64,000 bases of DNA from Nitrospirales bacterium (GCA_963555755.3 OY820905.2:256001-320000), one strand, 5' to 3'; shown: positions 8,187 through 18,543, counted from the first letter of the stretch. Numbers and translations are program-made. The notes: a model not told the origin generated them from the sequence alone.

Positions 8187-11003
8187 ATGGTGACTCGTGC
8201 TTCTGATTGTACGGGATATATGAGTAAACACAAAAAACCTCGTCCCTCGCCTCAAGAAGAGTCAGCCGACTTAGGATCGCTGACCCAACACCTTCGCCGA
8301 TTACAGCAGCAACTTCAGGAGCTGGCTCTGTCTCCCAAAGGCTTGTCATCCACTCAAGCTCAGGGGCTTGCTCTAGAGCTTGAAGCCGTCACCCACTCCT
8401 TCCAAAGTTTGGATGGAGCACAGCCAGTTTCAACGGTAGTCGGTGAAGCCTTACCCGGCTCGGCCCCTGTTTCTCAAGAACAAGGGAAAGCACACCATCC
8501 TGAGGCCCTCTCTCAGCTCGATTGCCATTTTGTCACAAATGCTCAGGGACTTATTCAACTTGCGGATCAATCGGCGGGACAATTACTTGAGCGGCCTCCG
8601 AATAACATCATTGGTCAAAACCTCCTGGAATTGCTTGCTCCGGATGATCGATTTGTCCTTCAACAGCACCTTCGGAAGCTTGAAGATGGAGAACCGGGTC
8701 TTGAATGGGAAATGTCTCTGGCCCCTTTGAGAAAGAATCCGTTTGCCGCCTTTATTACGATTTCCGCGTTGCGTGCTCCCGATGGTGCTGTGACCTCGGT
8801 GCATTGGCTTGTTCGGAATCTTTCCGCGCACAAACGAGCCATGACTAGCGATGAATTAACCCATGCTCTGGGCGAGCATGTTTTGGAAGGTCTGACCTTG
8901 CCGGAAGTTCTTTCTCATGTGTGTCACCATTTCGTGCAATTGTTTGCGTATCCCCTGGTGTGGGTGGCGTTAAAAGAGTTGGACGGGGAGGTCACGTTGG
9001 CGGCGCAGGCAGGGGCTCATCCCTCGTTGATGGAAAAGGTGGAGTTGGAATTGTCCTCAGCCGATGTGGCTTGTGTACAGGCCGTCCTTGCGTCCCAATC
9101 GTCACAGGTTTACCGGATGGATGAGGCCGATTGGCCTCGGGAGAGCTATGCGGAACGGTATGGATTCAAGTCAAGTTTGTCGGTACCTCTCTGCGCGCGG
9201 GGTCAGGTGTTCGGTGTGCTGACGGTTGGGGCGTCTCGTCCGGATGCGTTTGATCCATTCACCGTGAGTTGGTTTGAAAAATTGGCGGGTCAGGTGGCGG
9301 TCAGTTTGCTGCTGGTGAAGGAGTATGAATACCTTCGAGTGCGTGGCGCAGCGATTGCCTCTGCCGAGCATGCGGTGTTTATTACTGACCCTGATGGTCG
9401 AATCGAATGGGTGAATGATGCCTACACTCGGTTGACCGGATATGGCGCGTCTGAACTGATAGGGACGATTCCCCGGTTCTTGAATTCCGGCAAATCGCGA
9501 ACGGCGATGCGGCAAGCGCATCGACGTAAAGATTCGGGAAAAGTTTGGCGTCATGAGTTAGTCGAGCGTCGCAAAGATGGGCGGTCTTTTATGGTGGAGC
9601 AGGTCTTTACGCCCTTGCGAAACGACCAGGGCCAGATCACGCATTTTGTGGCCATTCATCAAGATATTACGGTTCGCAAAGAGACAGAAGCGAAGTTTGT
9701 TCATTTAGCCCACCATGATCCTCTGACGGATCTTCCGAATCGGACGATGTTTTATGATCGGCTCAAGCAAGCGTTGGCGCAGGCGCGGCGACATGGCCGT
9801 TCCGTGGGCGTGATCTTTTTGGACTTGGATCGATTTAAATCTGTGAACGACGCCTTTGGGCATGAAATTGGGGATGCGTTGCTCCGAACCGTTTCCGATC
9901 GGCTCACACATTGTGTGCGGGCGACGGATACGGTCGCCCGACTAAGCGGCGATGAGTTTACGATGATATTACAAGATTTGGAGCGGGGCCAGGATGCCGG
10001 CCATGTGGCGCAAAAAATATTGGATGCCTTGTCCCAGCCGTTTGAATTCAAGGGCCATACCATAGTTGTCCATGCGAGTTTAGGCATTGCTCTGTATCCC
10101 TTTGATGCGACTGCTCCGGATCTTTTGATTGCCAAAGCTGATCGGGGCATGTATCGCGCTAAAGAAAAAGGGGGAAATTGCTATCAATTTGTGTCCGAGG
10201 AATTAAACGCGCAGGCCTTTGAACGGTTGATGTTAGAGAAGAGTTTGCATGCGGCGTGGGAACAGGAAGAATTTCTCCTGCATTTCCAACCGGAAGTCGA
10301 TTTAAAAACGGGACAACTCCTAGGTATGGAAGCGCTGATTCGGTGGCAGCACCCGGAGTTGGGTTTGATCTTTCCCCATCAATTTCTTCCTCTGGCCGAA
10401 GAGACCAAGTTTTTCCCGTCCATTCAGGAATGGATTCTGCGAAAGACCTGTTTGCAAAGTCAGGAATGGAACACACTTGGTCTGCCCTCCGGACCTATGG
10501 CCGTCAATGTTTCCCTGATCCATCAGGATCCGCAGACCCTATTAGACATCATTCAATCGGTGCTGCGGGAAACTGGGTTTGACGCAAAGGCCCTCATTGT
10601 TGAAATTCCTCAGTCAATGGTCTTTGTGGCTCGGGAACCGGTGTCACTTCTCGTTCACGAGTTGACGACTTGGGGAATCACCTGCGTGCTCGATGACGTG
10701 TCTGATGGCCATTCCCTCTCTGGACAAGTTGAGCGCATTCCCTTTCGACGCATCAAATTAGCTTCTTCTCTTGTCTGTGATTTGCCCGGTGCCTCGGATG
10801 CCGTAGAGACTGTTCAGCAGTGCTTCGCCATTGCGAGGAAGGCCGATCTGCCCATGAGTGCCAAGGGCGTGGAGTCGGCAGCCCAAGTGACATTTTTGCG
10901 TGAACATGGGTGCCATCATGTCCAAGGGTATTTGTGTTCGCGTCCCTTACCAGCGGATGAAATGACCACGCTTCTCCGTGGGTGGTGTGGCTCTGAATTT
11001 TAA
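8187..11003 (+). CDS. PAS-GAF-PAS-GGDEF-EAL signalling protein
   Basis: HDPLTDLPNR, FLDLDRFK, RATD I-site, SGDEF; EAL domain with degenerate DDVSDG and KGVE; start may be 8220. Confidence 0.93.
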   Translation: MVTRASDCTGYMSKHKKPRPSPQEESADLGSLTQHLRRLQQQLQELALSPKGLSSTQAQGLALELEAVTHSFQSLDGAQPVSTVVGEALPGSAPVSQEQGKAHHPEALSQLDCHFVTNAQGLIQLADQSAGQLLERPPNNIIGQNLLELLAPDDRFVLQQHLRKLEDGEPGLEWEMSLAPLRKNPFAAFITISALRAPDGAVTSVHWLVRNLSAHKRAMTSDELTHALGEHVLEGLTLPEVLSHVCHHFVQLFAYPLVWVALKELDGEVTLAAQAGAHPSLMEKVELELSSADVACVQAVLASQSSQVYRMDEADWPRESYAERYGFKSSLSVPLCARGQVFGVLTVGASRPDAFDPFTVSWFEKLAGQVAVSLLLVKEYEYLRVRGAAIASAEHAVFITDPDGRIEWVNDAYTRLTGYGASELIGTIPRFLNSGKSRTAMRQAHRRKDSGKVWRHELVERRKDGRSFMVEQVFTPLRNDQGQITHFVAIHQDITVRKETEAKFVHLAHHDPLTDLPNRTMFYDRLKQALAQARRHGRSVGVIFLDLDRFKSVNDAFGHEIGDALLRTVSDRLTHCVRATDTVARLSGDEFTMILQDLERGQDAGHVAQKILDALSQPFEFKGHTIVVHASLGIALYPFDATAPDLLIAKADRGMYRAKEKGGNCYQFVSEELNAQAFERLMLEKSLHAAWEQEEFLLHFQPEVDLKTGQLLGMEALIRWQHPELGLIFPHQFLPLAEETKFFPSIQEWILRKTCLQSQEWNTLGLPSGPMAVNVSLIHQDPQTLLDIIQSVLRETGFDAKALIVEIPQSMVFVAREPVSLLVHELTTWGITCVLDDVSDGHSLSGQVERIPFRRIKLASSLVCDLPGASDAVETVQQCFAIARKADLPMSAKGVESAAQVTFLREHGCHHVQGYLCSRPLPADEMTTLLRGWCGSEF

Positions 11004-11895
11004 TTGGGCCTGCTCATAAAGAACTGGACAAGATCGTGCTCAGATTTGGGTCTGATTTGGACGGACTGATTGAGAAAAAGCCGAGGCCTCGCACTGCGAG
11101 GTTGAGGTTTTTTGGATCATACCGAAACCATGGTTCTAGCCCAACCGCCATCCAATCTGGATACAGGGAATTTCTTGCCCCTGCCTCTGCTTCCTGTGAG
11201 AATGCTTTCTTGGGTACGATCGTATCGTGCCCTCCCACGCACCAAGGGCCCCTGACGCCCGAAAAAGAGGCGAATGCGATGCACCAGCGCCACCAAAGAC
11301 TTCACGACGCCATTCGCGTCACAGCGGATTCCGCCGAAGAAAAAAATGGCTTTCTCCCAGTTGTCATTTCGACCAACGGGAGAAATCTCTTTCGCACCCC
11401 TGCCTCGAGATTTCTCATTCCATTCGAAATGACAACTTCCTTCAGGAGCGTGGACCGGAGTGCCCCCGGGTCGGGATTTGAGCTCTCCCACGCACGGAGG
11501 TGTCTACGCACCTGCGGAATCCGGTGTAAAAGGAGAGGCAACATAACCCACGAGGGCGGCCACACAATTATTGGCACCAGATCGTATTGTGCTGCCGAAA
11601 CCCTAAATTCTGTATGATCCGGTTTTTTCGATTGAGGTGCGTTCAAAGATGGCCCGAAGATGGGATACGAGATGTCCAAGTTATGTATTAGCAGACCCTT
11701 CGGCAATCCGTGCCTCCGTTGGATTAATGCAACGAATGTTGAAAAAATACATCAGGTCGTAACTGGTGTAGGGAACACTATGCAATTCCTGACATTTATT
11801 GTAACCAGGCTATGAATTGATGGTGAAGCGGTTTGTTTGGTAGTGATTTGGCTGTTTATTTCTCTGGAGTAACACTTTTTGAGGATGGACACTAA

Positions 11896-12052
11896 GGGTT
11901 CGCGCAAAAATAACTTCCCCTGTTTGGGCGTCGATCCATCCCGTCTGGCGGCGTTGCTCGTCCTTTCCATACGAGGAGTATGTGCAGTCCTCGCGCCTTG
12001 CCAGACAGGTGTCTCAGCACCCAAACAGAGGAAGTTATTCTTGCGCGAACCC
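11896..12052. mobile_element. MITE family B
   Basis: IR GGGTTCGCGCAAAAATAACTTCC / GGAAGTTATTCTTGCGCGAACCC, TAA on both flanks; second copy 44758-45133. Confidence 0.85.
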
Positions 12053-12228
12053 TAAGTTTCTCAGGGTAAATGGGATTTCTCCTGGACATCAAACAGACAA
12101 CACTAGAAAATGGTCTTGATTTTGCAGGTTAATTAAAAGTATGACACCATACATAGCTATGAGACTGGTCAAAAGCGTAAAATTATCGGGGCATAGAGAA
12201 TGCGGAAATTCCAAAAGAGAGGTGCGAT

Positions 12229-13062
12229 ATGACACTGTTTATTAAATCCATTGGGGTAGCGGTGTTGGGGATTGGCTTGCTAGGGCTGACATCCGGGTGT
12301 GCAAAGAAAATGGTTCGAGGGGCATCAGGGTCGGGCCAACGGATTGCCCTGGCCACTTTGAAAGCCTCGCCGGGTGGGCAACAGTCGAAGGCGTTGGGTG
12401 GTGTGTCAGGCCTCGATCAGGCACGTATGAGTCAAGAATTTGACCTGGATGCGGGGCAAAGGGGGGTGGCCAGGGATATGGATCTCACCAGCGCAACGGG
12501 CTTTCCCAATGGTTCTACGAGTCAAGCTATGTTGACGACCCCCGCTTCAACGTCTTCTTCTCGTTTTGACTCGCCATTTACCACCGCAGGGTTGCCATCC
12601 TCCGAATCCTTTGAAGAAAGTCAGGGACTCTCCAACTCCCAGGTTGGCTATGATGATCGAGATGCTGGTGCGCTTTCTCGGCGCCTGGCTCCGCGCATGG
12701 GCGTCACGTTTTCCAATGGACTCCGCGATATTTATTTCCAATTTGATAGTTGGCGGCTGACGGATGGATCGCGACGAATCCTGGAAGCCAATGCCGAATG
12801 GCTCAAGGCCAATACGCATGCGCGAATTGAGATTGAGGGCCATTGCGATGAACGGGGAACGCAAGCCTACAATCTTGTGTTAGGCGAAAAACGAGCGTCA
12901 ATGGTTCAACAGTATTTGTCGTTTCTCGGTGTGCCACATCATCAGTTAATCGTGACATCATTTGGTAAAGATAAACCGAAGTGTCAAACCTTTTCCGAAA
13001 CCTGTTTTCAAAAGAATCGCCGAGCTCACTTTGTGTCTGATTTGAATGCGGCCGTGCATTAA
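12229..13062 (+). CDS. pal: Peptidoglycan-associated lipoprotein (Pal/OmpA-like) with long linker
   Basis: Lipobox TSGC; IYFQFD, IEGHCDERGTQAYNLVLGEKRA, NRRAHF. Confidence 0.8.
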   Translation: MTLFIKSIGVAVLGIGLLGLTSGCAKKMVRGASGSGQRIALATLKASPGGQQSKALGGVSGLDQARMSQEFDLDAGQRGVARDMDLTSATGFPNGSTSQAMLTTPASTSSSRFDSPFTTAGLPSSESFEESQGLSNSQVGYDDRDAGALSRRLAPRMGVTFSNGLRDIYFQFDSWRLTDGSRRILEANAEWLKANTHARIEIEGHCDERGTQAYNLVLGEKRASMVQQYLSFLGVPHHQLIVTSFGKDKPKCQTFSETCFQKNRRAHFVSDLNAAVH

Positions 13063-13373
13063 CCATGCTCTGATTGAACGGTAATTGAGACGCGTAGAAC
13101 GTCCCTCGTCGCCGATGATTCGTATCTTGAGAACAAACGAAGTTCGAGATACGAAATACATACCCCGAGATCCGGATCAAGCAGAGCATTATGACCCTTC
13201 CAAAGTCGGAGCGCCCTTTCGACAACTCCCGAGAGCTTTCCCCTACAGACACTGAATCTATAAAAGCCTGTCCCAAACTTACTGATGTGAGTAGGATTCT
13301 TGAGCCTGCCTTGTAACGCTTAGGGTAAATCGCAAATTGCCTCAAGCTCTTTTTGCGGTCCAATCGTCCCTTC

Positions 13374-13660
13374 TCACCCTACGAACTCTGGTAAGTAACC
13401 AGATGCGCCAAAACAGGTATGAAACAGGACAACCCATAGGGCAGCAAAGGCTCTCAGGCCGGTGAGCGTATTTAACCTAGAAACGGCAGCTGGATCACAA
13501 AAGTCCGCGCAAGCTCTTGGCGCACCTGATAAAATACAAAAATGTCTCATCACCACCAAGGTGACCACGACTTTTTGTATTTCACCAGGCACACCAATAT
13601 CTTACACGTCTTTTTTGCGCCCAACTACCGTTTCTAGGTTTATGCTTGCCCGTTCAGGCG
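13374..13660 (-). pseudogene. Acyltransferase-3 (OafA-like) N-terminal remnant interrupted by a MITE
   Basis: Removing the MITE and one TAA gives RASINTLTGLRAFAALWVVLFH, the family N-terminal motif; stop soon after. Confidence 0.6.
13475..13639. mobile_element. MITE family C
   Basis: IR ACCTAGAAACGG / CCGTTTCTAGGT with 3-bp TTA/TAA duplication; copies at 42611-42774 and 38731-39157. Confidence 0.85.
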
Positions 13661-13741
13661 TGTTAAGGATGGGCGATTACTAAAGGGGAGTTATTATTGC
13701 GGTCGATGGAGTTATACCCGGTTTGAGTACCAGGGCAGGGC

Positions 13742-14773
13742 TCACGCTTCACCCAAACGAATTCCTTGATGTACTGGAATAGTTGGGAGCAGAGCAAAGG
13801 GGGTCCGCACAGTGAGAATCCGTTCCCCCCGCTGTTCGATGTATGCCTCATCAATGGGGCCAAGCCAGTTGTCTGCTTTTTGGAGATATGTAATTTTATG
13901 TGGGTCGATTCCCATGACTCGACAACAGGTCGCATCGACAGCTGGCAGGTTTCGACCCATGACAAGAACGCCTGCTTGTTTGGGCGTACCCATGATGGGC
14001 CCGTCACCCTCCATGCCCACGATACCGTCGACGATTGCAAAGTGAGGTTTGAGCGTCGCGGTAATGTCCAGAATGGAATCTGGGATGCCCGCACGATGCA
14101 ATACATTTTTGGGCCACCCATAATATATCCCTGGCATGACCCCAAATAAGTTTTTCATAGACAAGGTGGCGCCCGCCCAATGATGGGTTTTCATTTTGGC
14201 AAGAGACACAATCCAATCAATTGATTGAAAAATCTTCGGGAAGGTCAATGTGGCTAAATTGGTGTTTCCACCTTGATTCGGCAGGGAGACTCCATCCTCA
14301 TAGTTCAGGTTCAAAAAGGGAATATGATCTTCGTACAGAACGTCTCCTAACCCGGAGATTTCCAATACATCGAGCGTGTCGCGACGGTGTCCAGGCCCTT
14401 CCCCTACAAAAACCCGACTGGCTCCGAGCGAGAAGAAAGCTTCAACGGCTCCACGGACAACCAAAGGGTGGGTATTGATATGGCTGGAACCCTCGTGGGT
14501 CTCAACGAGGTTGGGCTTGAGCAAAATCCGCTTGCCTTTGATTTCAGCGGAAGAAACGCCAAGCTCCTGTAAGCCGACTGTGATGATCGAGCGAATGTCT
14601 GAGGTGTAACTGGGCGCGCGAGCAAGGAAGGTTTGAGCATGAAGTTGCGGTCGCTTGAGCCACTGAGCCAGGGTCAATCCTGAAGCTGCTAACAACCCTC
14701 CAGCAAGAGAAGTGCGAAGAATTTCACGTCTAGTCCAACCACTATGCATTTCTGAATGATCTGGCATACTCAA
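13742..14773 (-). CDS. DUF362 domain protein with Tat-like signal
   Basis: TRREIL twin arginine; ILLKPNLVE, KMKTHHWAGATLSMKNLFG, VDGIVGMEGDGP. Confidence 0.9.
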   Translation of the reverse strand: MSMPDHSEMHSGWTRREILRTSLAGGLLAASGLTLAQWLKRPQLHAQTFLARAPSYTSDIRSIITVGLQELGVSSAEIKGKRILLKPNLVETHEGSSHINTHPLVVRGAVEAFFSLGASRVFVGEGPGHRRDTLDVLEISGLGDVLYEDHIPFLNLNYEDGVSLPNQGGNTNLATLTFPKIFQSIDWIVSLAKMKTHHWAGATLSMKNLFGVMPGIYYGWPKNVLHRAGIPDSILDITATLKPHFAIVDGIVGMEGDGPIMGTPKQAGVLVMGRNLPAVDATCCRVMGIDPHKITYLQKADNWLGPIDEAYIEQRGERILTVRTPFALLPTIPVHQGIRLGEA

Positions 14774-14880
14774 ACTTTCGACATCGGACCAACAGCCTTT
14801 TGTGTCGCTGTAAGAGGTGGTCCTAAGATTTCGGACAGGGATTTAGGCTACAATTGATGACCAAAGGAGGGTCATGGATT

Positions 14881-15171
14881 ATGAGTCGAACCCGAAAGAA
14901 TCATCCGGCCAATTTTAAAGCCAAGGTGGCGTTGTCCGCGCTCCGCGAGGAGGCACCGATCTCGGAACTCGCGGTAAAATATGGCGTGCATGCCACCGTC
15001 ATTCATCGCTGGAAACGTGAAGCCCTGGCCTCCCTGGAGGCGGGGTTTTCCGGCAAGTGTGAAAAGAGCCACACCGATCAAGCGGCGCACATTCATGAGC
15101 TGCACGCTAAAATAGGCCAACTGAGTGTGGAGCGGGATTTTTTAGTCGCTGCCTCCAACCGATTGGGGTGA
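14881..15171 (+). CDS. IS3 OrfA
   Basis: FKAKVAL...ELAVKYGVH...LHAKIGQL HTH; TTTTTTA slippery run near end. Confidence 0.9.
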   Translation: MSRTRKNHPANFKAKVALSALREEAPISELAVKYGVHATVIHRWKREALASLEAGFSGKCEKSHTDQAAHIHELHAKIGQLSVERDFLVAASNRLG

Positions 15172-16037
15172 GGAGGCGTCAAGACATGGTAGAGCCCTCC
15201 AATAAACAACTGAGCATCCAGACCCAATGTCAGTTGCTCTCCATCAGCCGCTCTGGCTGGTATTATGAATCAAAAGGGGAGTCTCCGCTGCACCTCACGC
15301 TCATGCGTCTGATTGATGAGCAATTTTTAGCCACGCCCTATTACGGCAGCCGTCAGATGGCCCGCTGGGTCCGGCGTCAGGGGTATGAGGTGGGGCGGCA
15401 CCGAGTGCGGCGGTTGATGGCGTTGATGGGCGTGCACGCGATTTATCAGGAACCGCGCACGCGTGCACCTCACCCGCAGCATCGGATCTATCCCTACCTC
15501 TTGCGGAATCTGGCTATCACCCGGGCCCATCAGGTCTGGTGCACAGATATCACCTACATCCCGATCAAGCGAGGATTTTTATAGCTGGTGGCGATTATGG
15601 ATTGGCAGAGTCGCAAAGTGCTCTCCTGGCGCCTGTCCAATACGATGGATACGCATTTCTGCGTGGAAGCGCTGGAGGAGGCGCTGGCCTTGTATGGCGT
15701 GCCGGACATATTCAATACGGATCAAGGCTCGCAATTTACGTCGTGTGAATTTACCTCGGTCCTGCAAGACCACGGGATCAAGATTTCCATGGATGGGAAG
15801 GGCCGGTGGATGGATAACGTGTGTATTGAACGGCTGTGGCGGAGCCTGAAATATGAATGTGTATACCTGCATGCCTTGGAGACCGGCTCTCAGGCTCGGT
15901 ACCAGATTGGTGCCTGGCTCAGCCATTACAACCACACACGGCCTCATTCAACCTTTAATGGACAAACCCCTGATGAAGTCTATAATCTCTCTCATCTTCA
16001 GAGGCCCGCCCCTGAAGAGAAGAAACAAGCGGCATAA
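15168..16037 (+). pseudogene. IS3 OrfB (DDE) with in-frame TAG at 15582-15584
   Basis: WCTDITYIP, FNTDQGSQF, DNVCIERLWRSLKYE; copy 2 has TAT (Tyr) at this codon. Confidence 0.9.
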
Positions 16038-16276
16038 CCTCAACCATCAAGTTGTAGCTTCACGTTGCCGCAAACCTGTCCAACACAGTGGGACCACCTC
16101 TAGGGATGATTCACGTATGCCGATATTAAGAAAATATGGACAAGGCCAAACGTGATTCAAAGAGGATCAGGAAAAACAGGGATGGACTTTGAATCTCATG
16201 CTTGGAGTCAAAATAGGACGCAAGTTTTTTTTGAGTAAACCGACAAGACACGTAGAGTAAACGATAGACCGAGAAC

Positions 16277-16367
16277 TCCTTCTCGAAATGGCAAACCCGT
16301 TGTGAAGCGGGGACGCAAAGCCACGGATCAGGTGGTCAATCTGATAGCCGGGTTACCGAAGGAAGGG
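16277..16367 (+). ncRNA. c-di-GMP-I (GEMM) riboswitch 1
   Basis: GGCAAACCCGTT-GTGA-AGCGGGGACGCAAAGCCACGG...GCCGGGTTACCG matches the c-di-GMP-I consensus; G20- and C92-equivalent bases present. Confidence 0.92.
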
Positions 16368-16419
16368 ACGCAGAACACCCATTGGGTTGGAGTTCTCCTC
16401 GAAACATGAGGAGACCTGT

Positions 16420-16923
16420 ATGCCCACAGAGTGTTGGTATTTTGATGAGCCCAGTCCATGTGAATCAGGTCAGATTGCCTGGAATCACGTCTTTCCTCGT
16501 TTCATAACCATACAACACATTCCTGCCGGAATACATCCTTGGGCCATGATCGTCAGGCCTCAGGCCCATAGCCAATCTCTGCTCAGAACCATTTGTAATA
16601 CAGCTCCTAAGTTCAGTGGAAAAAAGCCGCCTGGTCGCTCAACAGGTCATGGAGCATTTGGCTTTGGCAGTGGTGTGAGAACATCTTCAACTATTCCACC
16701 GTGTCATCGACGCTCACAGGCTGAGCCATCACCAAAAGATCAAAAAGAAAAACGTGACGGACAGCGAGGTCGAACGTGGCAACAGGAGCATATGAACTTA
16801 ACATCTAAACATTTTCCAATTCGGGATCCCCTTCCCGATAAAGGCAAACCCGTTGTGAGGCGGGGGCGCAAAGCCACGGATCAGATCAGCGATCTGACAG
16901 CCGGGTTGCCGGAAGAGGAATAA
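16420..16923 (+). CDS. Hypothetical ORF between the riboswitches (may be a remnant)
   Basis: GAGGAG RBS before ATG 16420; no recognisable domain; 3' end overlaps riboswitch 2. Confidence 0.3.
   Translation: MPTECWYFDEPSPCESGQIAWNHVFPRFITIQHIPAGIHPWAMIVRPQAHSQSLLRTICNTAPKFSGKKPPGRSTGHGAFGFGSGVRTSSTIPPCHRRSQAEPSPKDQKEKRDGQRGRTWQQEHMNLTSKHFPIRDPLPDKGKPVVRRGRKATDQISDLTAGLPEEE
16827..16919 (+). ncRNA. c-di-GMP-I (GEMM) riboswitch 2, leader of flp
   Basis: GGCAAACCCGTT-GTGA-GGCGGGGGCGCAAAGCCACGG...GCCGGGTTGCCG; about 90 nt before flp start. Confidence 0.92.
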
Positions 16924-17011
16924 GGTAAAGGGGTAGCTAATGTTGGTGGGAAAACGGGCCACACCGCGTTAGTGATTTCTTAAACCTATTATGCCCGAAA
17001 GGAGATTCATT

Positions 17012-17176
17012 ATGATGAATCATGTCATGCAATTTGTCCGAGATGAGGAAGGGGCCGCTGCCCTTGAGTATGGGTTGTTCGCCGCCTTGATTGCTGCGGT
17101 GATTGTAGGAGTCGTGGGTCAGCTTGGTGGGTCAATCCAAGGTGGGTTACAAACGGTCGCGGATGCCTTACCTTAA
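17012..17176 (+). CDS. flp: Flp type IVb pilin 1
   Basis: AAGGAG RBS; FVRDEEG|AAALEYGLFAALIA. Confidence 0.95.
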   Translation: MMNHVMQFVRDEEGAAALEYGLFAALIAAVIVGVVGQLGGSIQGGLQTVADALP

Positions 17177-17398
17177 TCAGGGTTGATTCCTAAGGGTTTC
17201 CCTCTCGTGGCCTGCCCTGGTCTATATGATCGGGTGGGCCCCAAGGGAGGCAAGTGATTCTTATTGTACCCTTGAATTCTACTGCACAACCATTTAAATT
17301 TTACTCTTGTTTGTTCTTGCCAACTTTTTTAGATGTTTCCCTCCATTCATATGGTCTGGACCGAGGAAGAAGTAGGTAAGGATTATGAGGAACGAGCT

Positions 17399-17920
17399 AT
17401 GAAAGAAATAGCAAAACAGAATGTATTCTCTCGAATAGGCGGAAACCAACGGGGAAATACGGTAGTTGAGGTGTCGCTGTTGCTGGTTCCGTTTATGATC
17501 TTAATGTTCGGGATCATGGAATTTGGCTTGTATTTTTTTCACCAACATACCCTGCAGCATGCCACCAGAGAAGGCATGCGATTGGCCCTTGTAGGCGAAG
17601 TTTTGTTGGATGAAAATAATGATCCATTAACACGGGAAGCGTCCATTATTGAGACCATTCGTGAGCAGGCTGCATTAGCCATGGACCCTAACGATGTTCA
17701 AATTTGGATTTACAAAATCGGCGATAACTATGAAGACCCGGAAGACTGGGAGAATTTGGTCGCCAATGCAGGGGAACCTGCGGATTATATGAGAATTAGA
17801 GTTGAATATGATCATGAGTTTCTGACACCTCTCCTTGGAGATATTTTTACAGAAAACGGTGATCCGGTGAAGCTTTCTGCAGAAGCCACCTATCGGAATG
17901 AACTCTTCGAGGAGGTGTAA
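17399..17920 (+). CDS. tadE: TadE-like pseudopilin
   Basis: QRG|NTVVE...FGIMEFG...ATREGMR. Confidence 0.9.
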   Translation: MKEIAKQNVFSRIGGNQRGNTVVEVSLLLVPFMILMFGIMEFGLYFFHQHTLQHATREGMRLALVGEVLLDENNDPLTREASIIETIREQAALAMDPNDVQIWIYKIGDNYEDPEDWENLVANAGEPADYMRIRVEYDHEFLTPLLGDIFTENGDPVKLSAEATYRNELFEEV

Positions 17921-17925
17921 GTGCC

Positions 17926-18543
17926 ATGGAAATGAAAAAATTACGATCAGAAAAAGGTATGGCAACGGTCGAGTTTAGCATCTTGCTGTTGAGCGTGGTT
18001 CTCCTGATGTTTGTGACTATTGATTTCGGTTCGTTAATGCACGCGCAGGCGGTGGTGACGAACGTGACAAGAGAAGGAGGCAGTCTTGCGTCACGAGATT
18101 TAAAAACCGGTACGGATTTGATGAATTTCTTAGCGTCGTCAAGTGCCCCCCTTGATTTTGATGAGAATCCTGAACGTTTCAAGATTTTCATTGCGAAAGT
18201 TGATGCAGGCGAATCCGAAGAGGACCCTAACCCAACTTGTACCGTAGTTCAACCTAATCCCCTAGAAACAGGGGGAACGCTAAGTGGATCTGACGTGGAG
18301 TCTCCAGCATCAAGTCCGACGTGTGATTTGACACAAACGCTCTACGATTATTTGGTGTTTGATGATGTAATTGGTACCTCTCCTATTCCGCAGTTTACCG
18401 TTGTCAAAGTGTACTACAAGTATGAGCCTTTGACTCCGATGGAGGCGTTGTTTCAGGCATCAGGAGGTACGGTGCTAAATTTTGATTCTGACAACAATGG
18501 AGTCAACGATTCCATTCTCCTCAAAAGCAAGGCGGTGTTTTGA
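17926..18543 (+). CDS. TadE/TadF-like pseudopilin
   Basis: EKG|MATVEF...IDFG...VTREGG. Confidence 0.88.
   Translation: MEMKKLRSEKGMATVEFSILLLSVVLLMFVTIDFGSLMHAQAVVTNVTREGGSLASRDLKTGTDLMNFLASSSAPLDFDENPERFKIFIAKVDAGESEEDPNPTCTVVQPNPLETGGTLSGSDVESPASSPTCDLTQTLYDYLVFDDVIGTSPIPQFTVVKVYYKYEPLTPMEALFQASGGTVLNFDSDNNGVNDSILLKSKAVF

Larger units (their letters stand above)
14814..16100 (+). mobile_element. IS3-family element, copy 1 (intron-free)
   Basis: Terminal IR GAGGTGGTCC / GGACCACCTC; orfA and orfB; no clear target duplication. Confidence 0.93.

Noticed and set aside
11455..11510. tRNA-3'-end-like string on the minus strand (GCTCAAATCCCGACCCGGGGGCAC)
   Set aside because: No GTTC T-loop and no D or anticodon arm could be folded
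11014..11706. Overlapping ORFs after the GGDEF-EAL gene
   Set aside because: No recognisable domains; they run through a GTCATTTCG-type hairpin repeat
16277..16919. c-AMP-GMP-specific riboswitch variant
   Set aside because: Both aptamers have G at the G20-equivalent position
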